This document shows positions 27,300 to 41,499 of a DNA stretch of 64,000 nucleotides, one piece after another (the first letter of the stretch is position 1; each line of letters opens with the position of its first letter). The notes beneath the pieces are model-generated. The model had not been told where the DNA came from, searched no databases, and saw nothing but the letters and a program-made list of their open reading frames with translations. The position numbers were made by a program, and so were the translations under genes. Source of the stretch: Balanoglossus misakiensis (lineage: Eukaryota > Animalia > Hemichordata); contig CM082579.2 in NCBI GenBank assembly GCA_040954595.2, forward strand, positions 1,997,908-2,061,907, given 5' to 3'.

Positions 27300-27990
27300 A
27301 GTGTACGTGGCGACGAGTATTGATGGCGTACACCTGATTACAGCGATGCTGCCTTATCAATGATACACCCTTGCACCTGAAACCCCTCCGACGACAGCAA
27401 TATATTGCATTCTTCTGCAGGCTTAATTTCGCTACATTGAGCTTTGCAGGGGAAATTAATCTCACATGCGCCAAGTTGGAGAAAATGCCGGTGCTTCGTG
27501 TTCTACCATCGGGGCTTTAGTTCACCCAGGCGTGTGCTAACCACAAATGAAAGGTATTAGAGGCACGATTCCTGGCCTGCCCGTCTTACAAGGATTCTGG
27601 CGTCTAGGAAACCTATGCTCTGCTAAAATAGCCGTGAATGACAAGATATCGCCACGGTTTCCAATGGTTACCAGAGTCTCTCCAATGTACACTCACTCGA
27701 CCGCGTATCCAGACGTGACACATACAGTTGCTGCATGGAAAATGGCGGTTCCTCGAGTATCGACAGAGGGAATGCCCACTCCGGTAATATGCGGAGTGCC
27801 CACAAGAATGCCAGGAAAGTTATACACCGCTATGCCTCTTCCACCCTGTGGAATGGACTGCCTAGTACCCAAGTTTTTTAGTCTTAACTTAAGACCTATT
27901 TTTTGAGAGAGCACACTCATGCGGCACCATGTAAAGCGCCAGAGGGGAGAAAATTTTCATGGATACCGGTCGCTATATAAATTTATTATC
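27300..27990 (+). mobile_element. L2-clade LINE 3' fossil including the diagnostic 3' tail
   Basis: DYSDAAL (DYCNxLL), LRRQQYI.SSAGLI (LQxIQNSAARLI), LPVLQ, YASSTLWNGLP..LKTYFL, then tail tgtaaagcgcc...cgctatataaatttattat. Confidence 0.7.
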
Positions 27991-28099
27991 GCATCGTATA
28001 CACGTTTTTATTTTCACCGATGAAAATTAACCAATCAATAAAGAGGGCTTATTTTAAGTGAGATACAAATGAACTTTCTCCCTCGACAGGTTTATCTGA

Positions 28100-28550
28100 C
28101 GCAACACAACAACAAAACAATATCGCCAAACCTGAACTGGAAATCAAACGTGAACTCGCTAAGTCGGAAACCGGAAATGTTCAAACAATCGGAAATTGAG
28201 AAAACTTACAAAAAGTCAAGTTACGTAAAAACAAGTGTAACACGCATTCTATTAAAAACGTCCACAGCGTCAATAGAACCCCATGTCCAATAAAAGAGTT
28301 TCACTGTACGTCCGACTAAAGAAACCATATTGAGAAACGCCTCAAAGGGCAGAAAAACCGGGCATGGTCCCTGGATGTGTGTGTACAGACGACGGATGAA
28401 TGAATGGCCATAAATCGAATGCCATTCTAGCCCCGGAGTACCTAGAGATTGAGGCAGTACAACGACCAGGCCATAAATGGGCACTTTACACCTTTGAATG
28501 ATGGGGCCATACTTGAAGCCATCAATACGGTCCACCCAGAGCCATATTGT
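28100..28550 (+). mobile_element. CR1/L2-group LINE fossil (RT thumb)
   Basis: NLNWKSNVNSLSRK, ILLKTSTASIEPHVQ*, HIEK..GQK.RA. Confidence 0.5.
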
Positions 28551-29449
28551 AGCTTGCCAACCGCTGAAGTGCTTTAATTGCTGCCCGAAGAACATTACCC
28601 GATGATGTGAGTTTTTGTTCCGTTGTGTTGATAACTCAACATCATATGGTCACATCTTAACTAGGCCTTATTGCGTTTTTAACTAAAAGCTTCCCATGTT
28701 AACGTATCTCTATGTTTTTTAGTGTTTACCCGGGCCCTGACAATGCATACGTCAAAGAATTTCCCAAAGCCAATCCGACATAATTTATGCACAGTAACTT
28801 CAGACTTGTCGTGACCATTTATTTCCATAAATAAATGAGAGACATTCAGAGTCGACTCGACTACCGATGATCCCAGCGTCTGAGGCTCGAGGATGTAATT
28901 AGTTTTGTAAATTGCTTCATATATTCCGAAAGACAGTGACGGATACGATCAGACTGGATGGAAATTTTTTTGAAAGATATACGTCGCTACAATTGATTAT
29001 TCTTTGTTTTTGCGTAAATACAAAAGATCGTAGTTGATGTAATTACGCTGAGTTTGACTGGAAGGTTCAGACACTCCCAGAGAGTCGGGTCAACTTTTTT
29101 TTACAGATTATTCAAGAAGAACAAAGCTGTAATTAAGGATAATCATTTCAATGTGAATTTCCATTAATTTTCCTTTTTTTTTCATTCGAGACAAGTTCCC
29201 GGCAAACGTAACTGGTCCAGTAGAAAGCGATTGGCTGAATGCAAATACTAAACTCACTATACCGGTCATGCCAAATTTAACAGAGGGAAAGAGACTGGGA
29301 TAAAACGAGACGATTGCCAATGGAAGGGGAAAGACACCTTCAAAAAGCTGGAAACAAAAACCCACAACAAAGTCATACCAGGAAAAAAAACACGGACTTA
29401 ATAAGAATAGGAAGTCTATAGATTCTGTGGGAAATGTGATGTCTGTAAA

Positions 29450-30100
29450 CCGCCGTTGCTGGAGTTATACATCAAAATGTCATTTAAACAATGCAAACTA
29501 ACAAAACCACGTTTTTGCCGATGCACTGCACTGCCTTGGCAGGTAGATTATCCCTACCCATCCGTCTTCCCCTACGGTGTTGCTGGGCATTCAAAAACCG
29601 TGCCTGTTCACCGCCAGTATAGCGGCACTGCACAACAGCCCATATGGAACCATGGAAACATTATGATATGCAAACTAACTGTTTAACTACAATACGCTTA
29701 TCCGCATATAGGTATTGTCACAAAATGGGCCGTTCGTAACTGATGGTTTCCAAAGAGTTAAATATGGTGTTTATAAAAACTCGTACAAGGGACTCCAAAA
29801 TAGTATTTCATCAATCAATCAAAGCATTTAGACATTCGTTCTGGTTGCCACGCGAAATTTAATTTTCGATTCAGTACTGATACTCTTTTCAAAGGAACCC
29901 AAAAATCTGGTACTTCGATGTGTGCATGGGGCGGAGACAGTTAAACCAAGATTATTTCTTGTTGTGGAAATCGGCCATTAAGCTCTTCCACATCAACAGA
30001 CATAATGGTTTCTTACTAATGAAGATTTCACGCGTCACGGCAAATGTTTACATTGATGTGGGCCGTGCTTCGGTTCAAAGGGAAAACCCGATATTACTGT
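29450..30100 (+). mobile_element. LINE RT fossil
   Basis: VFP..SKTVPVHR, NYNTL..VLS (NYRPISxLxVLSK), YFL..KSA...RHNGFLLMKI. Confidence 0.45.
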
Positions 30101-30469
30101 ATTTGCTTTAATTTTAATCCATATTTAACAAGATAAGAGCAGTAATACCAACTAAGAGGTTAAAAAATCAAGCAAATATACTCAATTTCATTCTCGTTTA
30201 CTTATTCTGGACATACTGCGATCGCCTACTTTATAGTCGATAAAACATGGAACACGTTGACTGGTGCTGATATTGCTGTTCGGTTATTTACAATGTAATC
30301 ACTTTCTCTTCCGACAAATTTATGTTCTATCTCCCTGCCAGTCCATTTTTGGTCCGCTTTTATATATTTTTTACAATTTCAGCACACAGATTTTCAGTAA
30401 AGAATATTTACTATGTGAAATAAATAGATGGCGATGACGCGGACACAGTGGTTGTGTATGCCTGCTGTT

Positions 30470-31400
30470 ACCAAACACGGCCAATCCGAGGGCACGGACC
30501 TTAATCCCAGGTGGCTGAAAATCTGTCTTTCAAACTGCTCTTCCCTTTTCACACATCAATTTTCAACACCGCACAATAACTACAGGAGTTGGAAAACTCT
30601 GACAGGCTGAAGAATGCCAGCGTCGGTTGAAGCTATAGGGCAGCAAATTTGAATACAGTCAAAATGGTGGACAGACTGGCAACTTCGAAGCGAGTGACGC
30701 CTCTGGCAAAAAAAATGAAAACTCCTATATTTATATTAAAACCTGCAAATTTGAAAACGCCATGGGTACCGAACATATACTCATATTTAAGGCTAACAGA
30801 TCCAGGGTACTTTTCGTCACACACAACGATTTTTAACAAACCAACGACCAGGGTTGGTAACAGCACATGCAATGTTTTTTACAAATACTGAACGGGGTTG
30901 GTAAAAGGAAAATTCCTTACAATGTCGCTAGGATAGTTTCAAATCCCATTACCGGTCCCCTTCAGGGCACTTTTCTTGCAAAGTCAAGTTGCGGAGATTT
31001 TTGCCCGACGGCTGGAGTAATTTTCGCTGGGATACTGAATCGATACACACCCACCAATAGGCACTGCGATAAATCAAGCAGTACGTTAATGTTAGATGCA
31101 TCAAAATGCATCATGACTCTTTGAATTCTGCTTCCATCATGTTGTGCGCGGAGAATTGTAATTAATTAATTCAAAAGTTGGTGTACAATTAATGGCGAAA
31201 TCATTTTCAAATACTAGTGCTGTTCCGAAAACCTAACTGGGAAAGGCCATCATTTCTCATCGACTATGTTTCTGTCTCTATTTAGAAATGTGTGATGTCG
31301 GCGAGGGGGGACAGACTGAAACATTTCTTGGTTCACTGTAAGCTTATTCTCATGCTGAACAACCGTGAAACAAAACGGACACTTGAGTGTTCGAAAACGT
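30470..31400 (+). mobile_element. CR1-group LINE RT fossil
   Basis: SEGTDLNPRWLKICLSNCSSLFTHQF (GPDxIPxRxLKxC..LTxIF), ITTG..DRLKNASV, NIYSYL, ITGPLQGTFL, KLILMLNNRETK. Confidence 0.5.
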
Positions 31401-34400
31401 TTCGGGGAATGAACAGATGCGGGTCTGACTGCAACTTGGTCAGTCAATTAGCTTTCTTGCCTAGAGACATGAACCGCTCTACAAGGAAATCTTCAAATGC
31501 TCCAATTCTTCCTGGGCCAGACACGCTCATCATGCGTACCGTTCCCCATAGAACGGAGCAGGGGCATTAACCACTTTCCCCCGCCGGGTCGCGGAAACGC
31601 TACGCCCGCGCTGGCGCACATGCTCTTAGCTGTTCCGAGGCGAACGCGAAATCGCAAATGCAGGCCCGCCCGGCTGGCCACGTTGACGAACCGTCATAAT
31701 CATCGCCATGGTGACGGCCAGTAATACACACACAAATGCGATGATTACTTTATTTACAGGAATTTATTGTTATTACTGGGTTAATGCACCTGTCAACTCG
31801 TTAGCTAAAAGAGGACTATGCGAGATCAGATACGTCACACTGGCTACTCCACCACTCTTTGCTAACTTAATTTTTCAATCGAATTTCCCATTCCGTCTCG
31901 ACGTTATCTCTGCACTGTTTCAATTATACGCAGCAGGGGTGATAATAATATGTTTTCAAGCCATGTGAGATGGATGATATTGTCCCAGGTGACAATACCC
32001 TTGCCGTTTAGTATATCCGTCTGTCTCTCTCCCTGGATTTTACTAGCCACCACTGTTAGACCCAGATAGATCTCGCCAAATAATTATATGTTAAATATTA
32101 CTTATGGATAAGAAAATTGCAAAATCGAAAACGCTCTTAAAATTTCGATGCTCTAAAGGGTAAATAAAAATATTTCATTAATATATAAATCGTAACGGAA
32201 ATATTCCTGAAGTCTGTTATTTTACCGAGTCATTGTTACGTAAATTGTCGAGCTGGATCGCGGAGCGGACTGTAGTGAATTGTATACGCAATGCACCATG
32301 GGCCATTTGAAACTGACAATCTAAGGCCAACCACTTAGGGTCCCTGCAATAACCGTAAAAGTTAAACAGATAAAGACATCAACGCAGCTTGCCATGAATA
32401 GCACCAAAATCATCGCTATCATACTTTTTGTTAGCTAAATAGAGTCTCGGAACATCATAAAATAATTATGACCCCAGATAACACCTAGCAAAAAGCCAAA
32501 CACGGTGAGTAAACGCAGCACTTCCCACAATAAAAATAATCGCCAAAACAAATCACGTCGTCTCAAGTCCGACGAAAACCAACACAAATCGGTGTTAGTG
32601 GTATAGGAAGGCGACCCCTGAAGGAGAAAACTGATAGAGAAAAGAGCGGAAAGCCTTTTTTCGAGGCATTCTCTTCCAGTTCACAGTGGATCTATCAAAA
32701 TAACCATATCAAAGACAGCGTGGTTTATTGCTCGAACCCATGGGACTGGTGTGTATCGGGAAAAAAAAGCTTTCATCCTCTTCAATTCGCCCAACATAAA
32801 ATTTTTACGCGTTTCCCTCTAAATGAGCGAGGCAAAAGATTCCATCGTCCCTTTTAGTTTGTACATTATCGCCCTATTTTCATCATGAAATCGCCGGTTA
32901 ATTGTATTAAACGCGATTATTGTGCGCGAGAGGGAGACGGCGGCGGCAAAAGCCTTGTCAAACAGAAAACACCGCGAACTCGCCCTCCAGTGATACGCCA
33001 ATTTGCCGGGGGAGAAGAAGGGGGGTCCGTCACACACTCTTAATTTCCACGTACCAAACACCGTTGTTGTTTTTTGGAGCGCAATCTGCCACGAAATTCT
33101 GATCACGAAAAGCTTAAAGGAACGTCATCACATTTTGCCACAAACAGCCACCACAAAAAAAATCAAGACCGGCAAGAAATGGCTGCTTTTCCCTCATCAG
33201 ACTGGAACACCCCAGCTTCCCATGGTTATCCTGCTATACGAATGCCATTGATCTTCAATAGTTTGTATTGCGGAGATCTATGCCCACCAGCAACATGAGA
33301 AAGTGTCTCTTTGCGTTCTGGTAAATGTACAAGACGTCGGCTTCATGTTCCAAAGCTGACGCAGACTCCATTACAAAGTACACGATTCACTCACAGCTCA
33401 ATTATTTATGCGGATTTGTAGAACTCATGACGTCACAGGGTGAACTAATTCACATTTTGACGTAAGACTTGTCCAGATAAATCTTCTCTCTTTTTTCGTC
33501 ATTTAACTGAAACCACAGCTACCAAAAAGGCCAAAACGTGCCATCGAATGGTTCTTGCAAACTAGCTGATGTTCACATTTGGCATCTCTTATACGACCAG
33601 GAATTTCACGTTTTAGCATTACCAGTAAACCCCTTTAAGGATGTTTGCACCCGCGTGATGCCCTTAAAACTGACATTCCAAATTTCAACTTCAAGGAAGG
33701 CCACATTTTGTCGTTTCCACGGTAACCGCGCGCTTGACATTTAGCAGAAGACGAGCAATGGGAATAAAAAGCCCATTAGACGGCGTTTCAATTCTCCTAC
33801 TTTAACATTTCCTGTAGGCTGTGGAGAACCGACTGCCTGAAGGCTTAACAAACCTAAATGAACACATGCACCAAGTACACGCACGTCAGTCCCCTTCTGT
33901 TGTCGTTTGCTTGCAATTTGGACGCGAAACATTACAGTCAGAAAGGTCCAAATCCACCGCCGTGCAGAAACCTTTGCAGAAGAAAGGGAAAGCCCGTAAC
34001 CTTTATGACGATGGCGTTGAATTCTCAAGAAAACACAGCCACTGAACTTTTGAGCCGCCGCCATCATGAGCCGAAATTTAACAAAATTGCGATTTATTGG
34101 CCGATGGGCATCCTGCTAATGACACGAGGCTCAGTAAGCAAGACCCATTTATTTAGAAAGTCTTAATCATCATTGAAGAGACAACTGGAAAAAATACTAG
34201 GCATGATTCCTGGCTTGGGGCGCGAATGTATAAGATTTGGGTCAATATTGCACGTGATGACGACGACATACACATGAAGCCACTTGCCATGCGTTGACTG
34301 AGGACCGAGGACAATTTAAAACCAACCACCACAATTGACGCCTGCAACGCAAAAAATACTTTATAACTCAATATAAGCGCCAAAATGAAACACTAATGAC

Positions 34401-34789
34401 TGTAACAGACCCTCGGATTGTATGGTGCCACCGTTCGCCGCAAACACCATCAAGCCGGCAGTGATAAATCAACGAACTTGATCGACGAATCTAATCATCA
34501 TACATGCACTGAACACATCCAATTTGATATTTTGCCTGTGGAAACAATAGTCATTTTCAAGCGTCTGGTTTGCAGGCCGGGGGAGAGGGGGGGGGGCGAA
34601 GGGGCGAAGATGCGCCCAATACAGACAACTAACTTCAATGAGAAATAACTTCAATGAGATTCCGAATTTACAATAATCGTTTCAAACTCAGCAGCACAAA
34701 ACAAACGTTATAACACGACGGGGATGATTCAGTCCGTTTCTCTTTTTTCAATTATACACAGAAACGATGAGTGAGGACTAAGCTTTATA

Positions 34790-35090
34790 ATTAATTGAAG
34801 ACACACTTTCAGGCTGTGAAGTCCCTAATCCGTATCCTCGCTTCATATTCCACATTAGTAATTACGTGTTTGCTCGTTGTTTGCACTCCTCAGACTATCT
34901 CCTTAGGGCCCATGCTTCTACGGATCCGTTCATGCGTAAACCGGTTGATAGATAAAATAACAAAAACACATTCGCTTATGGCAGCCTCATTCACATCTTT
35001 CTTATTTCTAAAAACATTCAACAGTTGCGTCTCACACCTTGAGGAAGACTCTGACAAACACTTTTGTTCTTTGCAAATTGCACAGCGCTA
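34790..35090 (+). mobile_element. LINE RT core fossil
   Basis: CTPQTISLGPMLLRI..VNRL resembles GVPQGSxLGPxLFxIYVNDL. Confidence 0.45.
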
Positions 35091-35399
35091 GGTATGTCGG
35101 ACAGACGAAAGCAATGTAAAATTAATTAAGCAGATCGCGGGCGATACTTCACCCTAGAAAGCAGCGAACGGTGACTTTTTTTATGATCAACCCATCACAT
35201 CTCGACGAGCTCCCGCAAGACTCGCGTCCCAAACCGGAGAGCAACGCTGTGAAAGCAAACGCCCCGGCGGATCAGGCACTTCATGAAAGGCGGCGCGGGC
35301 GAGGTCTGCTGGGACGCTTGATTGTGGGGATAGTACACATATACACAGACGGACACATCTACTTCCCCCGCTAAGTGGTCTAACAAAAGAACTCATGAA

Positions 35400-35650
35400 G
35401 TGACATACAGGTTTCCATTCAGCGCAGAGACCATATTTTAAAACCTTGACATTGTACATTCAATAGGTTTCCTGTTAAATATATCTGAAGCGAATTTACA
35501 CCCATTAAATGCAAGGAAACGTACGAGAGAGGAGTGACTATTTTTAGATTAAGCGTTTCCCTTATCTTGACTGGCAATATCAATGAACAGAAGTTCTCCA
35601 AAAACAAGTCAAACGTCTGGAATTCGTGCATTCCTCGACCACGATTATTA
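35400..35650 (-). mobile_element. LINE RT fossil
   Basis: FQTFDL..ILPVKI and LQIYLTGNLLNVQCQG (SYLTxRxQxVxxNG). Confidence 0.45.
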
Positions 35651-36194
35651 ATATTATGTGTTCAGGTGCCATGCAATAATATATGCGCGAACAAGGATGA
35701 TTTTAAATATGTTGTCATTAAAATAGTAACTGCAAATTACAGAAGTCCACGGGGAATAGGTTAGATATGACTGGGTTATCAATCAGAATGTGTCATGTAA
35801 AAAATGGGGCGGTGCCACTGGAAGAATAGGTATAAACATATCGCTGTGAAGGTTTATCCCACTATGAAAGCATTTTTCTTGGCTAGAAACCCGAATTTTC
35901 CTGTAAGCTCACGTTGACGACAAGCTCGTCAAAAAGGTGTCTTTCTCTTAGCCATAGGAACCCCCCCCCCCCAACACCAAACACCACCTCTACCTCGTCA
36001 ACACACATCAGCAATATTACGTTCTTCTATCATCAATTTGTAAACGATTTCTAGCTTCCAAGATTTACATTACTTTCGCAAATTGGTCATTATCTCTCCA
36101 CTGGAACAAAACACGAAGCTCATTACTGGGTTATATGACCGACCTCATTCTGGGCTCAGTGAAAGCGTATTTGCATAATAATTATCTAATCAGT

Positions 36195-36238
36195 TGTCGG
36201 CCAACGGGTAACAGTGTCGACCAACGGGTAACAGTGTC
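36195..36238. repeat. 20-bp tandem duplication (2.2 copies)
   Basis: tgtcgRccaacgggtaacag x2 plus tgtc. Confidence 0.9.
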
Positions 36239-37099
36239 AGTTTATATGAATTGATTAATATTTCTAACGATGAAATTTCACTTTCTCGCTGACTGCTAGA
36301 TATCTACTGGTGTTTCTACCACTACTGGCTGCACAGAACACCGAGGCTTTACATCACAAATCCCTGTCACATTACTGGGAGATTCTGGAGTTCAAAGTCA
36401 TTCAGATTAACATCCCTGAAAACGATCAGATGTTCAGAGAAACAAATGGAGATTATCGGACCATGTAGTGTTGATTTATTTCTGATAAGCTCTACCGGAA
36501 AGGTAAATAATTAAAACAATCAAATCGTCACCCGGTTTGATGTTCGAACGTGCAACAGGTTTTGGACACGCCGTTGTTCGCGCAGAAACAGATGGATGAC
36601 AACGCATGCATCAAAAGTGGCGAAAAGTAGCCACAACCATCTATCATTTTTACAGCTTTTGGGTCCAGGTGAGATGTATGGCACCCTGTAAAAGCAGGAT
36701 AAAGGTGTCTTTCTATTGTATTGACTTAAATCGTGACTTACACAACAGACTGACAGGTTTGCCACCAGCACCAGCTGCCTAATCCCAACAGAAGGTCCCC
36801 CAAATCCCGTGACACACCATTCTTCAACCTGTTTGACAAATTACTTCACTGTATTTTTTTCTTCCAAAGCATTCTCATATTTCTTCCTTTAGTTGACAAA
36901 TTACCGAATATCGCACGACAATTTCCATGTCCCTGAAAGTATTCTCTCGTCGTATTTATTCACAAAAAGATGTCTAATGTTTATCTTTTTCAGTTGGCAG
37001 CTACTCTGAACAGATTGTCCTGACAACGACAAAAGAATGAAATTTATGGAGAGATACTGAATGGTGGGAAACGTCATAGGGATTGAAAACAAGAAAGAA

Positions 37100-37550
37100 C
37101 AGAGCTTCGGTTAAAAATCCGGTTTGATAGCACCACAAGTGAAATGATTATTTGGTTAGCAAGTAAAGACCTCATGCATTGACCACAATTCGCATTTCAG
37201 TGGCGTAAGATATGTACTTGTTTTCGCGAAGGCTCCAACGAATATTTGTTCGATTTTTGAGTCACCCCCGCTTAACAGTCACATAGCCGCGTGCATAGTT
37301 AAACGTAATGTTTTCGCTCATAAATTAAACTTCTTTCCAACAGTTCGGACTGGCAGGTAACATGGCAGCATGTGGCAAAGGCACCGATCCAAACACACAA
37401 AACTTACAAAAATAACTGCTCTGATATCGGTGTCACGGTGCACCCATGTGGCACAGACAGTAAAATACATGGAGCTACGTTTTGGTTTGATTTTCAAAAT
37501 ATTGTAACTGATAAAACGAACGTCCTTGACAAGTTTCATGTACATCAGTG
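37100..37550 (+). mobile_element. LINE RT fossil
   Basis: WLASKDLMH*PQFAFQ (LxxNxLLxxxQFGFR) and GATFWFDFQN. Confidence 0.45.
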
Positions 37551-38779
37551 CTAAACCAGTGAGTGCAAATAACACGCCCTAGTTGGAAGTTAAAATGATA
37601 AAAATGATAGGTTATCTATAGTTCACCAAACATAACTGAAGTTTCTGTATGTTTAAACCGTTATATGTGTAAATAGCACTTCATTTCGTATATTTCTTTA
37701 AAACTCTACAAGACAATATCCGCGTGTGTATAGTTGGGAGATTTCAATTAGACATAAAATACCAAGTTGCATGCGTAAAAAGCACTGAAGTCTTAAGAAG
37801 CACGTTCAGACAGTCATTATGTAAACGCTGGTGAAATCTGAGTGGCGGAAGTATACACGGTATGTTGTCAGTGCCACGGCACACCATTGTCAGACACAAC
37901 ACAGGGCAGGTAACAGTAGAAGCGGGTTACTCAATGGAAGTAATCACTTTCTCCACGTCTGTAAAAGTGAAAGATAATCCCCCTTGGGATTATCATTAGA
38001 CTTCTACCGCTAAAATGTGGCGACTCAAGGTAGCCTTTTTACGTGGCAGTTTACAAAGAAGTCAACTTAGTGGAGAGTACTTTCTTTGAAAGAGTTTTGA
38101 ACGCCGCCTTGTCTGGCCGGATTCTACACAGGAGCCGAGTCTCAAAGCACTGTGGTCCGGTCAATGAGTCACCTGGGGTCAGTCAATCAATTAAACTGAG
38201 TCGAAGGTGACGTTTCCAGAGTTTGAGTAAAGCTGGCTATTTACAAACACTTCCCTCCAAATCAATTGCTGGCTCCCGCTCGAAATCATCCGCAAAACCT
38301 GCATCGGCGAGACACCTTTACAATGAGCGCTGGCGGATATAAATTGTACGGAGCAAAAAAATGCTATGCATGTTTACCAAGGCAAAATGTCAACTTTTTG
38401 TCTCGCGAAAGGTGTGGCATCCAAGATCAGGAAAGTTGAACGTTACGTTGTTTACAGTGTTACGAAAGTTAATCTTGTACTGAACATATAGTAAACAACG
38501 AAGGGACTAAATTCAATTAGAAATAAAATATAGAGCACTGACAATGAATTCATAAGCTTAATACTTATATGCCCACTCATCCAAACTATAATATTACTTC
38601 GTTGTTTAATTTGCGATATTAATATCGATCGCCGTGCAATAATTACGCGAGGAAGGGATCTGGCGACAGGATCTCAAGGGAAGGGGAAACCTGTAGTCAT
38701 CAGTTAGGGTAATCACTTGGGTTCAAATTACAATACACAGCCGACAATATACCAGCGCTGTTATCGGTGCCGTTCGAGT

Positions 38780-39230
38780 TATGAAATTAAGAAAATATCA
38801 TGGATGAAACTCAAGAAGCGAAAAGGGACAGGAAAACGTGACATCTTCCGATCATCTTCCAACTACCGTGTCCCGTCCTGTGCGCATTGTCCCTCCACCG
38901 AGGACCCCTTAAGTGGGTGGGGATTATCAGGGCAATCATCTCCAGCAATGAGGAGTATCTCTCTCTTAGCCAACAATCAGACAGTAGAGACCGAAGTATA
39001 TTACGGCACATGGTTGTTTGCCCTCGAGGTCTCCAAAGCGGAAAATAATTGACTGGCTTCATAGCCTGCGCAGGCCTCTACCATGACAATTGTGTGCGAT
39101 CATTTTGGGTTGGGGGCTTCTTGGGCCAAATCAGGGATATAGGGATGTCATACCATACCGCACTCCCCCGGAATTAATTTGCCCGGTTCTCTGTTTATCG
39201 TTTTTTGGTTTCATTTTCAGAGAAAGCTTC
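38780..39230 (+). mobile_element. LINE RT fossil
   Basis: KG..SSNYRVPS, LFALEVSKAE (FLDxSKAFD), HFGLGASW, TPP..ICPVL. Confidence 0.5.
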
Positions 39231-41097
39231 TGGGGGTGAGATAACACAACAATCGTTTACAGGCGATTGTTCCCAGTCTTCTCTGAGACACTGCTTCGTC
39301 ACAATTTCACAACCTTTGCTTTCGAATTTAAACAGTAATAATTCAGTCGACATCGGCTAGTTTCATCAACGTCAAACTTGCAGGTGAAAAGAGAGAAAAA
39401 AATTCTGATAATGCTCGCATTGTTTCTGGAGAAAAACTAAGACCCATATCACGTGACAAAACCGGACAAACAGGTACTTCATATAATGTACAGTATCTAT
39501 GTTAATTACATGAAATACAGAGCTATTGCCAACCGGTGGAGCATGCGTCTGCAATGGAGAGGCCGTTGCTGTTCATAATCCGGCGGCATTACGCAGGGTC
39601 TCGTCGATCACACAACGCATTCAGACAAACGGCAGCACACGAGCGCCAAGCTGATCGTTTTGATACTTTGTTAACACTGGCATCAGGCTTCACAAGAGGG
39701 ACAGGCGTGCAAGTTGGCAGACACTCGCCCGGCCGCTCTAGCCCATTGAAAGCAGACAAAGGCAGTCTAGTTCTGGGCTTTGTCGCAGTTAACAAATGCG
39801 CGGAATCGTAAAATAAGCGTCGTTTCTAGCACCAGAAGTGATAGAAATAGTCATGGTGACAGCTTTTCCCCGAGCAGAGCATTTCAATACGTTACAGGTA
39901 TATACAAGTATATGAAGAAATGGTTGGGGATGCGCGGCCATCTAGGGTCACAACAACGAGGCAGAGAAAGTCGACTTAAAACAGCTTGTTTTTCAATCCA
40001 TCCAATGAAAAAACAAAATCCTGCCCCAAAACTACACAAAAGCAATCAATCTTACATGTTTTTGGTGACATGTTTTGTTAGGGCAAACAAGCAACCATAG
40101 ATGTGCACATGCTTAACGCTAGCGGCGATACAACATCAATGGAGACGTTAAAAGTGGAGTTTGACAATCCGGTATGTCCCGTACTGTCCATCAAACCAGG
40201 GAGAAAAACCACACTGGAAATCGAAACCGATTGCATACATTATAAATTTATACACTCGAAAGTTGATATCTGGGAGATTCTGTTGAATTTCCATCATCCT
40301 CTCGTTTCATCCGATAATTCTGCAAACGCGGTGGTTCGAATTACACCGCGCAGCGACTACAGACTGCCCCTGCTTGGCGGACTCAATGCCGGGGCTTTGT
40401 CTTTGACAGCGCAACGCTCCAGGCTACGGCGGCGGTAGCGACTGTATCCAGTGCTTCGGAAGAGCAACGGCGCAGAACGCTGCCAGGCACCGTATGGCGG
40501 GCTATATCATACCCTCAGTTGGTTAACTCGGAAACGGTCCTAATACTATGGAGTGATGATACCGAGTATAAAGTTTTCTTGAATTTACCAATATTTAAAT
40601 CTCAAACGGCTACTCCTTGCTGCACACAATTCATAAAAGTATGTATATAAAACTACACTTTAAAAATAAAATTCAATTGGACTCGTTTAGTTTTCTTTCT
40701 TTCTTTGTAACCACGCCCAGGAAAGTTCACGCAAGTACCGTGTACAGAAAGTGCGTGTCTCGGTGACCACTGCGTCATCCGGGAACTTTGGGCTGTATCG
40801 ACTGACCCCGTCACCTGACCCCCAGATCAAAGGTTAATGATTGCCTGTTCAGAGACTGGCCCTTCGATTCTTCTCGAAAACACACATTCATCAATTACTT
40901 CTATAAGGAGTTACCAAGTAGCTCATTATGTTCTGGTTATACAGGGCTGAGTTGACGGCTGACTTGGTTCAAGTTGTGTTTACAATTCTCGATAAAATTG
41001 TCATGGCAACAGAACAGAAAACGCGTACTCTTTATGCCAGATATACACAGGATTTTGCAGTGTAAGGTTGATTGTATTCCACTACTGCGTGATGGTG

Positions 41098-41163
41098 GCA
41101 ACAACAACAACCAACAACAACAACAACAGCAACAATAACAACAACAACAACAATAATAATAAT
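41098..41163. repeat. (AAC)n/(AAT)n microsatellite
   Basis: caacaacaacaaccaacaac...caataataataat. Confidence 0.95.
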
Positions 41164-41499
41164 GTCAATTGAAGTTTGGTATGTCCTTGTCCAACCATGC
41201 AGAAAGCAGTTTAAGTTGTTGATATGTTTCCTTTGTAAATTGATTGATTGGTTGACAAAATAACTCTTTCAGATCGACTGAACAGTATATTTAAAAATCC
41301 ACCGTGGGATTTCTTCACATCTAGCGTGCCTGAAGACATTTCGAAGCACAACATTTTGCCAAAATGCTTTCAAAAGTTAAATCAGTGTAGTTTCTTTCTT
41401 TTCTCGCAACTTTTTCACTAAAAGCGCTTGAGAAAACGAACTACCTGAAGCAAGTTTTCAAGGGAATGCGCGTTACAGTTGAGAGGCTATAGAACCGCA

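Noticed and set aside
33741-34067. ORF starting MMAAAQK, similar to the Mab21 N-terminus MMAAQSK
   Set aside because: No similarity beyond the first residues, so not a Mab21 paralogue or pseudogene.
34200-34300. Minus-strand HGKWL resembling the next expected NBEA PH exon (GLHGKW.F.EIR)
   Set aside because: Continues HVYVVVITC with no match to FSRRYLLQ; chance match.
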